From: Adineta vaga
Lineage: Eukaryota > Animalia > Rotifera
Direction of reading: 5' to 3'
DNA: 64,000 bases
NCBI GenBank assembly: GCA_021613535.1
Contig: CP075495.1
Location: 8,680,001-8,744,000, forward strand
Shown: one piece after another, positions 1-10,100 of the stretch
How the letters are laid out: the number at the start of each line of letters is the position of its first letter
Position numbering within the stretch: the first letter of the stretch is position 1
Position numbers and translations under genes: made by a program
Notes under the pieces: model-generated
What the model saw: only the letters and a program-made list of their open reading frames with translations
Told to the model about the DNA's origin: nothing
Database searches by the model: none

Positions 1-174
1 AATATAATAAAGTTGTCTATACTAATGATGATTATATCATACTTGTTTCCTTTTAAATATTCTTTCGATGATTACAATTGTATTACATGATGATGATGAA
101 AAAGAAAGAAAAAAGTTAATTTGTTCTATGGTCTATCGTTGTTAAAGAACGACAACGCCTGCTCTTAATTCTTG

Positions 175-594
175 TTATGTGTCTATGTATTGATGATGGA
201 TGGAAGAAGTGTCACAAGGCAAGTCGAAACAAGACGATGATGTAATAGATCTTTTCTTTATTCTTTCTATCTTGTAATTTATACTTACAGAACCAACTTC
301 TTTATTATTTGAATTTTGTTGATAATGACGTGGACGCAATGACGTTGGTAAAAGATTAAATAAGGAACGACAATGCTCATCGGTTTTGTTCAAAGTACTT
401 TTGCCTATTATTTTACGATATGGTCGCCGATGATGATGTTGATGATGGAGCGTTTCCGTTCGTCGTGATGGTGTTGGTGGTAATGGTTTTAGATCAATCA
501 CAGACGCAGATATTCTGCTGGGTGTTGTACCAAGTGTAGTTTCATCTTTATAAGCTAAATGACAATAATCAACAGTTAGTGCTATTGTGAACAA
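175..594 (-). CDS. Possible exon/ORF of an unidentified gene (low-complexity S/T/H-rich)
   Basis: 139-aa ORF with no recognisable domain; a minus-strand GTAAG donor at ~1155-1159 suggests an upstream exon of a minus-strand transcript. Confidence 0.25.
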   Translation of the reverse strand: MFTIALTVDYCHLAYKDETTLGTTPSRISASVIDLKPLPPTPSRRTETLHHQHHHRRPYRKIIGKSTLNKTDEHCRSLFNLLPTSLRPRHYQQNSNNKEVGSVSINYKIERIKKRSITSSSCFDLPCDTSSIHHQYIDT

Positions 595-703
595 TAAAAT
601 AATTGAAACATATCGGATTTCCGTTCATGTAGTATATAGTAATATCGAATGCATTATTTATTCTCGCGTGATTTCATTTTTTGACATTGTCAACTACGAA
701 TAT

Positions 704-724
704 TATATATATATATATATATAT
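704..724. repeat. (TA)n microsatellite
   Basis: Direct reading; similar (TA)n tracts at ~1453, ~1735, ~19365, ~24742. Confidence 0.9.
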
Positions 725-1515
725 GCAGACAGAAAAAGGCCAAGGCAAAAGAACCTTGTCTTTTAACGAGAACTAATCAAACAAATTCACGATTTCTTTC
801 TTTCAATGAACATTTCCTTTAGCTAATATTGACCATGCTTTTTATATTAGCTATCTATATCTTCTACAACATTGAAAACTTAGTGCTTATATCACATCTC
901 ATTAATGCTTGTCTCGTCCAAGTCTTTAGAGTGAAGTATAAGCCAAAGGGAAATGCTTATCTTCTCATGTATCGTATCTATTTGATATGATTTGAGGCAT
1001 TCTATAGACGTCATTCATTAGTATGATCGTCTGTACAAAACACATGTAGTCAATATAAGGTGAAATGATGCCAGCTGTGTTCTATATCGACAGAGTGAAA
1101 GAGAAAGATATCGAGTGCATGTCTTCGAATGAAAGAACAAAAATAATAAGAAAACTTACCAGTATGCTTACATAAAATCTCTTTGATTTTTTTCCACATC
1201 GTCAAACGTTAGTAAAATTCTCGTTGCTCAATTAATCAATTAAATTAATGTTGTTGTTATTGGTGTTGTTGTTGTTGTTACTATTAATATTTTTTGTTTT
1301 TATCATATTCAAAACGGTAATGGTGATAGGAGAAAAAGACAAATAGGATGTCAAAAGCAGTAACAATCTGTAATAAATGAAAATCATTTTTAATCAAAAA
1401 AAGTGTAACATGTGAAGTTATTGACATCGATGTGTGTTCATGCAACATTACATATATATATATATATATAAACTTGAATGCAGATGTATGTGTGCGTCTT
1501 CTAGACACATACATG

Positions 1516-1537
1516 CACACACACACACACACACACA
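1516..1537. repeat. (CA)n microsatellite
   Basis: Direct reading. Confidence 0.9.
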
Positions 1538-2816
1538 TATGATTAGAGCTAAACACAAAGGCACATAAGAATAAGAAGAGGGAGAGAGAGTGAGATGACG
1601 GAGAAACGAGGGAGGGAAAGAGACGATTTTCATTTTTCAGCTACGAAGAAAGAATAAAAGCAGAGACTATGGAAGCATCAACACACACAGTCGGGAACAA
1701 AAAATAGAAAAGAAAACAGACAGAATGAAGACTATATATATATATATATGTAAAACATAACTGAATTTTTTACGATCTTACATTGTCAATCGGTCCGTAG
1801 ATTAAGCATTCGAGCGCAACTCATCAGAAAGCTGTTCGACGATTGCAGCAATACAATAAAAACAAAATCGGTCAGAGAATAGATGAAAGAAAATAATGTC
1901 CATGCCACTTCATCTTTTCTTGTCACATCATGTACTTTTACATAAACAATCTGACGTCGCCAACGACAAGACTCATATAGACTGCAGAGTAGCTGAAAAA
2001 AGAACGAAAGACTGAAGGCAGAGGAAGAGAGCGAAAGGAAGAGAAGGCATCTTGTATATGCTACTATACTTCTTTCTTTGAAGGTGCCCGTCAAATACTC
2101 ATCATTAGTTTGATGATATGGTGCAATAATGGTGACGACGGCCGTGTTGATACCTATGTTGTATAGGTAATGTGTGAGAAAATGAGTTGCTTACCTCGGC
2201 AAATGCTCTTAATCAAAACGAAAACAAGGTCGAAATTCTTCTTCTTTTTTAAATTGGAAGCATTGTGTGTATATCGAATTTCGTCATATATTTATATAAA
2301 TGAAAAGAAGCAAGCGTACATAAGAAGGATATCTACCTAGTATACTCTGTACTGTTGTTAATTCTGTTTCTCTCTCTCTTTCTTTTTCTTCTTTTTTTCT
2401 CATACTTACTTTTCTTTCTGCACATTTGTTTGTTCAGCGATTAGACATTATATATGAAGGATACAATGTTTCATAACTAGATGCACTATACTTTGTATGT
2501 TTATATGGGTGTTAAAATCAAGGAAAGAAACCTTTGTTAACTGTAGGTTTTTATTAGAGAAAAATAACCTTTCAGTTAGACGCGAAACTGTTGATAGAAA
2601 TGATATTTGTCAATAATGTCTATATGCGAATAGGAAAAGTTTCCTTATGCAATTCTAATCTGTTTGCTCGTACGAGAGACACCTGTTTTGTGTGCCTACG
2701 TTCAATTTCCGGTCAATTCTTTGTATTCTTTCTTCGTTTACTCATCTAGAAGTAATACATACATACCTCAACGTCGATTTGACGTGTGTTCGTATTAAGA
2801 CTAGAAGAAAGTGATG

Positions 2817-2821
<5 letters not shown>

Positions 2822-2852
<31 letters not shown>

Positions 2853-2860
2853 CAGAGAGA
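2822..2860. repeat. (GA)n microsatellite
   Basis: Direct reading. Confidence 0.9.
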
Positions 2861-4589
2861 AAGAATTTGTTCGCTCAAAGTAATAACCGTGTGTATATGA
2901 ATATATAAGCTGAAAAAGTGACCGAAGTGCTCTTCACTTTATCCGAGAGTCTAAGGAAGAAGAACAAAAGAACAAAGAGGAAAAGAAAGGAGTAGACCAT
3001 CGGTCAGTGAATGTCGTTCTTTTTTTTCCTATCATGATAATACGTGCGATGTATTGTGAAAGTTTTTTTTTCTTAATGTCTCATGGTATGTGTGTGTTCA
3101 TTGTGAAAAAACATTACTTAACATCATTCTTTTAAGATAGGAATGATAATAAAACATCATCAATACAAATCGCTCTTTTAGCTTATCCATTGAATTTCTT
3201 TCAAACTTATCATACTCTTTAATTTCTTTTTGTTCACATAAGAGGTTAATCTCTAATTGTTTAAAATAAATGTCGTGCTCAATCTTCTCTAATGAAGATC
3301 TTTACCATATGTAGAGGTGTTATTTTTCTATATTGTCATTATCATAGGTCAAGTAGTTTGACATTCAAATATAAGAAATGACCTGATATGGACGTGTGTG
3401 TGAATATAAAATTGATGTCGAAAGAATATATATACAAGCCAGCGTGTTGTTTTCAATATATTATTTCGTTTACAACTACTACAATGAGCACGATTAATGT
3501 TCTTTTGTTTTTTTTCTTCTTCTGACTATACGATAAGCGGTCAAGTAGAGTGAGATGACATTGAACTGATAAATAATTCCTTTTTTATCTTTATGTAGCA
3601 CTAATGAAGGTCATGTGCCTATGTGTTCATTGCTTCGAATTTTACTAGTAATAAAAACGAAATGATTCAAATCATATGTGTATATTTGTAAAGAAAGATG
3701 AACAGCATGTGTCGAGTTAATATTGACGCCAACTGTGCATATACGTTGATATCAGATGAATGAAATGAACAAACATCGATAATCACCGCCTCTTTTTTCG
3801 GACACACTCACCATGTGGTCAAATTACAGGAACAAAACATATGCGTCTACCCTTCAATCATATCATATAAACTTACTTTCAAATCGATTGAATAACTCTT
3901 TTTTAAAAATGAATGAAACATTTTACGTTTTGTACATGAATAGTTGCGACTAATGTAAATTTGAAATCTCAAATATTATTGAATAATATCAAAATATAAT
4001 TCTAAACTGTGTACATATTGATTGTGAATAAATAGAAATATGTCTGTCATTTATCGATTTGAATCTGATAGAACATTCAAAAAAGAAAGAAAAGTTAAAA
4101 CGGAAAGCAAATTTCTTTAACTACCTCCGTCTCAATTATATACAGTCTAATGCGTGCAGTTATTCTTCATCTATTTTCTTTCTAATTTGCTTCAAATTAC
4201 TGTAATAAGTACAAACGACAAAAATCAATGATTAATTATTTTCTTACGGCAGACAATTACCGTCATTAGGTAACAATATCAATAACAGTCAAAGTCAGAA
4301 GATATAACCGACAAACGTTGAATGCGAAGACTTTCAATGTTCACAGACAAATAAAGCCTTAGAATTGTGTTGTAACACGTTGTTCTTGTACGATATGATG
4401 CATTAGTAATGTCCTTTCTTTGAGTCATATAAATATAAACATTTATTACATGATATCTAAAAACGTAGACTGTCCAATTAATTAAACTTTCAGACATAGA
4501 TGCAAATCTAAGGTTTCCGCTCATCAAAGCCTTCAACATTATTAACACAGGTTGGATTATCCTTTTTTAGCATTTGTAATTTTTAAAAA

Positions 4590-4694
4590 GTGTTGCTCTG
4601 GCAAGCTAGTATTGCTACCGGCCCGCTACTTTTCGTCATCGCAACATGTATTATATCCGTGAAGATATTTACCTCTTGGTAAGTTGTAATAAGC
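4590..4694 (-). ncRNA. Spliced-leader (SL) RNA gene, copy A
   Basis: Minus strand reads GCTTATTACAACTTACCAAGAG|GTAAAT (SL exon 4694-4673), matching the known rotifer SL exon followed by a GT donor; UUACC/GGUAA stem spans the donor; 105 nt to a T-rich tract. Confidence 0.92.
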
Positions 4695-4825
4695 AATTTT
4701 ACTAGTCGACAGGCGGAGTACGACATCTCTCGTGTCTTTACACATCCTATACATCGTCGGGCTCTCAATAGTAAAATGTGCTGGGACATAGTAAAAGACT
4801 AGGTTTTTCAGACAGGACTTCAGGT
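4695..4825. promoter_or_regulatory. Putative bidirectional snRNA-type promoter between SL copy A and U2 copy 1 (central GCTCTCAA at 4761-4768)
   Basis: 131 bp between divergent starts; motif and flanks align without gaps to the centre of the SL/SL cassettes. Confidence 0.6.
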
Positions 4826-5017
4826 ATCGCTTCTCGGCCTTTTCGGCTAAGATCAAAGTGTAGTATCTGTTCTCGTCGGTTTGAAAGCCGGCGCTGGTCC
4901 CATTGGGGCCAGGCTCTTTCAAGCAGATTTTTGGACATGGGCCAGGATTACCCGAGTTCACTCGGACCTGTGCCAACGGATCGTCTCGACACTGCAGTGC
5001 CGTCGAGTTCGGTCCAC
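4826..5017 (+). ncRNA. U2: U2 spliceosomal snRNA gene, copy 1
   Basis: 5' ATCGCTTCTCGGCCTTTTCGGCTAAGATCAAAGTGTAGTATCTGTTCT with GUAGUA branch-site recognition; stems IIa, IIb and IIc (UUGAAAG/CUUUCAA) maintained by compensatory changes; Sm site GAUUUUUGG; stems III and IV with UGCAG loop. Confidence 0.95.
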
Positions 5018-5379
5018 TCCCGTTTCTTTCGGGAAACGGGAACCCATTATATTAATCAATGTTTATATGATAACACTTTAACTGATATAATTCATCATCT
5101 CTGTAACGGTGAACTAAAATAAACTGTAATTCTACGCACAGTATGATAGTGATCAATAATATAGTATTGCAATGTCTTTCCTCATTGATGATCAAAGTTT
5201 TCTCCAAAACTCAAACCAAACCGTGAAACTATGTTTATTCATAATTTCGCAAAGGATAGAAACAAAGCACAAGAATCTTCCTAGACTGACTACGCAGAAC
5301 AGTCAATCAGTGACCTTTGTAGTCAGTTTACAAAACGTCTGTTCTATTCTCTTCGTTTTCTTTTTTTATTTTATAAAAA

Positions 5380-5484
5380 GTGTTGCTCTGGCAAGCTAGT
5401 ATTGCTACCGGCCCGCTACTTTTCGTCATCGCAACATGTATTATATCCGTGAAGATATTTACCTCTTGGTAAGTTGTAATAAGC
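5380..5484 (-). ncRNA. SL RNA gene, copy B
   Basis: Identical to copy A. Confidence 0.92.
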
Positions 5485-5615
5485 AATTTTACTACTCGAC
5501 AGGCGGAGTACGACATCTCTCGTGTCTTTACACATCCTATACATCGTCGGGCTCTCAATAGTAAAATGTGCTGGGACATAGTAAAAGACTAGGTTTTTCA
5601 GACAGGACTTCAGGT
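5485..5615. promoter_or_regulatory. Putative bidirectional promoter between SL copy B and U2 copy 2 (GCTCTCAA at 5551-5558)
   Basis: Copy of 4695-4825 with one substitution. Confidence 0.6.
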
Positions 5616-5806
5616 ATCGCTTCTCGGCCTTTTCGGCTAAGATCAAAGTGTAGTATCTGTTCTCGTCGGTTTGAAAGCCGGCGCTGGTCCCATTGGGGCC
5701 AGGCTCTTTCAAGCAGATTTTTGGACATGGGCCAGGATTACCCGAGTTCACTCGGACCTGTGCCACGGATCGTCTCGACACTGCAGTGCCGTCGAGTTCG
5801 GTCCAC
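5616..5806 (+). ncRNA. U2: U2 snRNA gene, copy 2
   Basis: As copy 1, with one fewer A in the linker between stems III and IV. Confidence 0.95.
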
Positions 5807-6168
5807 TCCCGTTTCTTTCGGGAAACGGGAACCCATTATATTAATCAATGTTTATATGATAACACTTTAACTGATATAATTCATCATCTCTGTAACGGTG
5901 AACTAAAATAAACTGTAATTCTACGCACAGTATGATAGTGATCAATAATATAGTATTGCAATGTCTTTCCTCATTGATGATCAAAGTTTTCTCCAAAACT
6001 CAAACCAAACCGTGAAACTATGTTTATTCATAATTTCGCAAAGGATAGAAACAAAGCACAAGAATCTTCCTAGACTGACTACGCAGAACAGTCAATCAGT
6101 GACCTTTGTAGTCAGTTTACAAAACGTCTGTTCTATTCTCTTCGTTTTCTTTTTTTATTTTATAAAAA

Positions 6169-6273
6169 GTGTTGCTCTGGCAAGCTAGTATTGCTACCGG
6201 CCCGCTACTTTTCGTCATCGCAACATGTATTATATCCGTGAAGATATTTACCTCTTGGTAAGTTGTAATAAGC
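6169..6273 (-). ncRNA. SL RNA gene, copy C
   Basis: Identical to copy A. Confidence 0.92.
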
Positions 6274-6407
6274 AATTTTACTAGTCGACAGGCGGAGCAC
6301 GATATCTCTCATGTCTTTACACATAGCATTTAGTTGAGAGCATGAAGAAGGATGCGATGTGTAAAGACACGAGAGATGTCGTGCTCCGCCTGTCGAGTAG
6401 TAAAATT
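6274..6407. promoter_or_regulatory. Putative bidirectional promoter between SL copies C and D (GCTCTCAA on minus strand, 6341-6334)
   Basis: 134 bp between divergent SL starts; same central motif as in the SL/U2 cassette. Confidence 0.6.
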
Positions 6408-6512
6408 GCTTATTACAACTTACCAAGAGGTAAATATCTTCACGGATATAATACATGTTGCGATGACGAAAAGTAGCGGGCCGGTAGCAATACTAGCTTG
6501 CCAGAGCAACAC
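6408..6512 (+). ncRNA. SL RNA gene, copy D
   Basis: SL exon 6408-6429, GT donor 6430-6431, terminal stem TGTTGC/GCAACA, then TTTTTATAAAAT. Confidence 0.92.
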
Positions 6513-7193
6513 TTTTTATAAAATAAGAAAAGAAATTAGAAGTACTTGTGCCGTTCTGCTATTTGTTGCGTTCTATGTTTCATTGCATAATCGGAATCAC
6601 AGCACAAATAACAAACTGAGTTGAAATTATACTGATCATAATGTTTGTATAAAAAAAATTCGCAATATCTTGAGAAATAAATATTTGATTCCTTTATAAA
6701 ACAGAATGAAAAATGATTTATTGCATATGTCAAGTGAAACGTTTGGTACTCTATAAGAAAATAATACAATGTGGTATTTATTGATGGCGTTCATGTTGAA
6801 ATTGTTAATGTGACAACATTGACAATGACGTCTATAGTATTAGTGTGAATTGCAACAGAGAGAGAGAGAGAGAGTGAGTGAGAAAGAGAAAATGAAAGAA
6901 GGAAAAAAGAGAAAGAATAACGAATGTAAGAAGTGGGTAGTTCCTCTGTTTGTATTGACGATTTAGTTTGTAGAAAAGAGCAATCGACGACATTAATTGA
7001 ACGGATTGTCATGGTTGGCGTATGCTACTATCAGACAATAATAAGAAGAAATAGAAAAGAAGTGAAAACACAAAAAACGACAAGTGCAATCATTTGGAAA
7101 TTGTCTTTTATAAGCAAGGAAATACGCTTATATTAACAAAAAATATCGTTTTTTGTCTGTACTTCATGTATGCGTTTACATTCTAATGTAAAA

Positions 7194-10100
7194 ATGGAAA
7201 GTCCAAAGATTAGGGCGTCTACTCTGCCTGAAGAATCGGAAACGGTTCCACCAGTCATCGAATCAAACAGACGATTATCATTTCAATCAACGGTATGTTC
7301 AAAGCGATAAAAATAGAATATTCCGTGACTTGTTTAAATAACAGTCAACTGCCTACAAAAAATGTTTTCTTCCAATAATAAAAATTCCTTTTCATATTCT
7401 ATTTTCTATTTAGGTTTTTCGTACACAACGATTAATGCGTGTTCTAAAAACAATAACTCCTTCGAATGAAATGAAAAAAGAAAACTATATGGGATCTACA
7501 ATGGTTGAAGGCACACAGCATCAACGACGTGGTGCTAAAACATTAGAAAAGGTATATAAATATATATATATAACTTATAAATCACAATGACGACAAACAA
7601 TCGAAATAAACTATATGCATATGTTTGTCTTTGTTGACGAAGCGAAAATAATGAAATGTGAACTGATTATAACAAACGATTGTGAGAAAGAAGTAGATAT
7701 ATATCTATATATAGTTTTCTTATGTTAATCTTAATTTACAATATGCTTGAGTAATTTATGTTCAAAGAACAATGATTCCTTCATTCTCTTTCTTCTTTTC
7801 ATGACTTTGAATAGTTTTCTAAATCTCTAGCAATTCCAAAAATTGACATTTCCCGTTTGCATTGAAACTAGTCATTTGCCGGTCGATCATCAAGTGAATT
7901 GTTGGTGCTTTGAGCTGACAAACAAGGTTGTAGTCTTTCCGATTTTTTTTGAATAAAAAAGCGAGAAAAAAGAAAAAAATGCTGTAAAAGAATCAACAAA
8001 GAAAAAAATTAAGATCGCGTAACTCTAAGTATGTTTAAAGAAAAAGAGCTGTTTATTAGATCTTTGAATAGAGAAGGAGAAAAATGTCGACGAGAACAAT
8101 GATGACGACAACAACAACAACACCTCATAATGAACCAACATGTCAATGAGGAGACATTCAAAATTTTCCGCATTTCCTAACGCTGAAACTCGATCACACG
8201 TAAGAATATGACCAGAAATCTTTTTTTCTTTGAAATTCAATTCAATTAATTGAATAAGAGATCTGATTATTATTTATTTATTTAGGCAACTTCAGGAGAA
8301 AGTAGTGAAACATCTAGTGTTAGTCCTGTATTAGGTCAATCAGACAATGCTACTTCTGCTGCTGTTGCTGCAAGTTCACGTCGACTTGGTCAACGCTTCA
8401 TTATTCTTCATTATTCACCATTTAAGGCTGTGTAAATTCATTTAAAATATTTTAATTACTATCTAATATATTTAATTGTTTAGATGGGATTGGGTAGTTA
8501 TTTTACTTGTCTTGTATACTGGTATAATTACACCCTATACAATTTCATTTCTCTCTGATGACGATCAAAAACGAACGCATTTAAATACATTTGCAGCAAC
8601 ACGACAATTTAATCGTGAACGAACAAGTATTCATGTCTTAGTCATTATTGATGTTCTTGTAGATTTTATGTTCATATTTGATATATTAATTAGTTTTCGG
8701 TATGGTTTAAATTTCGATTAAATTAAAATGTAATATCCATTTCTTTTCTAGAACAACATTTGTATTAAAAGAAACGAATGAAGTAATAACAAATCCAATT
8801 TTAATTGCTAAACATTTTGTAATTGATTCATGGAGACGATTTGGTGCCGATATTCTTGGTGCTTTACCATGGGATATACTATTTTTTGGTAATGGAAGTC
8901 ATTCGGTAATGTTTCATTTTGATAATTTGAGCATACACATATTAAATTTTACTTTTATTTCGTTTTCTATAGACAATGCGTCTTGCAAATTGCTTTAAAT
9001 TAGCACGTCTATTACGACTTGTTGCATTCGTTCGAAATTTTCAAAAAACAGAATATCGCTCAGCAGTTCTTTTTCTTTTGATGCTTCTCTTTGCTATTGC
9101 TGCACATTGGTTGGCTTGTATCTTCCATTTTATTGCAATTCTTGAACGACCTAATCTCCAAGTCAAATATTCATGGTTGGATCATCTTGCCGATAAATAT
9201 AAAATGCCTTATCGTATGTTAATTAAAGGAATGCATTCTTATCGATTATTATGAAGAATTTTATTTTCTTTTTAGTGGCGAATGATACGTTAAGTGGACC
9301 GGATACAAAATCAAAATATGTAACTGCACTTTTCTTTGCGATGACTTCATTGACATCAGTTGGTTTTGGAAATGTAGCAGCGGTAAACAATAATAATCTT
9401 TTCTTATAGATTTCTATTGTTATACTAATTTTTCTCATAGAATACAAATGGTGAAAAATTATTTTCTATTCTTTCGATGTTAGCTGGATGTAAGTAACAA
9501 TTTGAGAAAAAAAATCTACTAGATGATATGTCTCATATTGATTTTCTTGTTTGACAGCATTTTTAAGTGCTTCTATTCTTGGAAGTGTAACAACAATCAT
9601 TATTAAATTATATCAAGGTGCAGAAGAATTAAAAGAAATGAAACAAAGTATTGATGATTTTATCAAACATCATCGTATTAATAAACAACTTGCCAAACAA
9701 ATGCAAGAATCATTTGATCATGAATGGAAAAATACGAAAGGTATCGATATGAACAGTATATTGAAAACATTTCCCGAATGTATACAAGCCGACATATGTC
9801 TTCATTTAAATCGAGATTTATTAAATAATTGTACTGTATTTGATGATGCCAGTGAAGGTATATTTCATTATATTTATCTTTGAAAGAAAACTAATTTTAT
9901 TTATCAGTGACACTTCGAGCATTAGCTCTGCTTTTCAAATCAACTCATGTACCACCAGGTGATACACTTATTCATCAAGGTAACTTATAAATTAAGATAT
10001 ACGTCGATGATAATTAGTTTTAAACTACTAGGTGATGTTCTCTATTCGATCTATTTCATACGTGGTGGTCAAATGGAAATATTATTGAATAATGAATCGC

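Larger units (their letters stand above)
4584..6295. repeat. Tandem array of a ~790-bp unit (SL RNA gene <- promoter -> U2 snRNA gene + spacer): two full units plus the start of a third
   Basis: Identical text recurs at 4591, 5381 and 6170 (offsets 790 and 789); only two differences noticed between units 1 and 2 (ACTAGTCGAC vs ACTACTCGAC; 1-nt indel GCCAACGG vs GCCACGG). Confidence 0.95.
6146..6535. repeat. Long inverted repeat (~180-bp arms, 22-nt spacer 6330-6351) formed by two divergent SL RNA genes
   Basis: 6146-6329 is the near-perfect reverse complement of 6352-6535. Confidence 0.95.

Noticed and set aside
1284-2094. Short minus-strand ORFs over microsatellite-rich DNA
   Set aside because: Composition is dictated by (CA)n/(TA)n and purine tracts; looks like intron, UTR or promoter
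4851-4865. Extra A in GATCAAAGTGTAGTA relative to human U2
   Set aside because: Common in invertebrate U2 snRNAs; not unusual
5018-5060. Helitron 3' hairpin explaining the tandem units
   Set aside because: No CTRR terminus shortly downstream, the hairpin is mid-unit, and it directly abuts U2
4826-5806. U2-targeting retrotransposon insertion (Utopia/Keno type) or U2 pseudogenes
   Set aside because: Both U2 copies are uninterrupted with compensated stems; no RT or transposase ORF in the window
6455-6480. Hammerhead ribozyme-like GATGACGAAA (as in Penelope-like/Terminon repeats)
   Set aside because: Lacks the CUGANGA core, stem II and a matching cleavage triplet; better explained as SL RNA structure
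6146-6535. Palindromic MITE / foldback transposon interpretation
   Set aside because: The arms are exactly an SL RNA gene plus promoter; identity is perfect in the RNA and decays outside it; no target-site duplication seen
4583-6624. Many overlapping short ORFs on both strands (also 11655-12114)
   Set aside because: They are shadows of GC-richer SL RNA and U2 genes; they are frameshifted between copies and have no protein motifs
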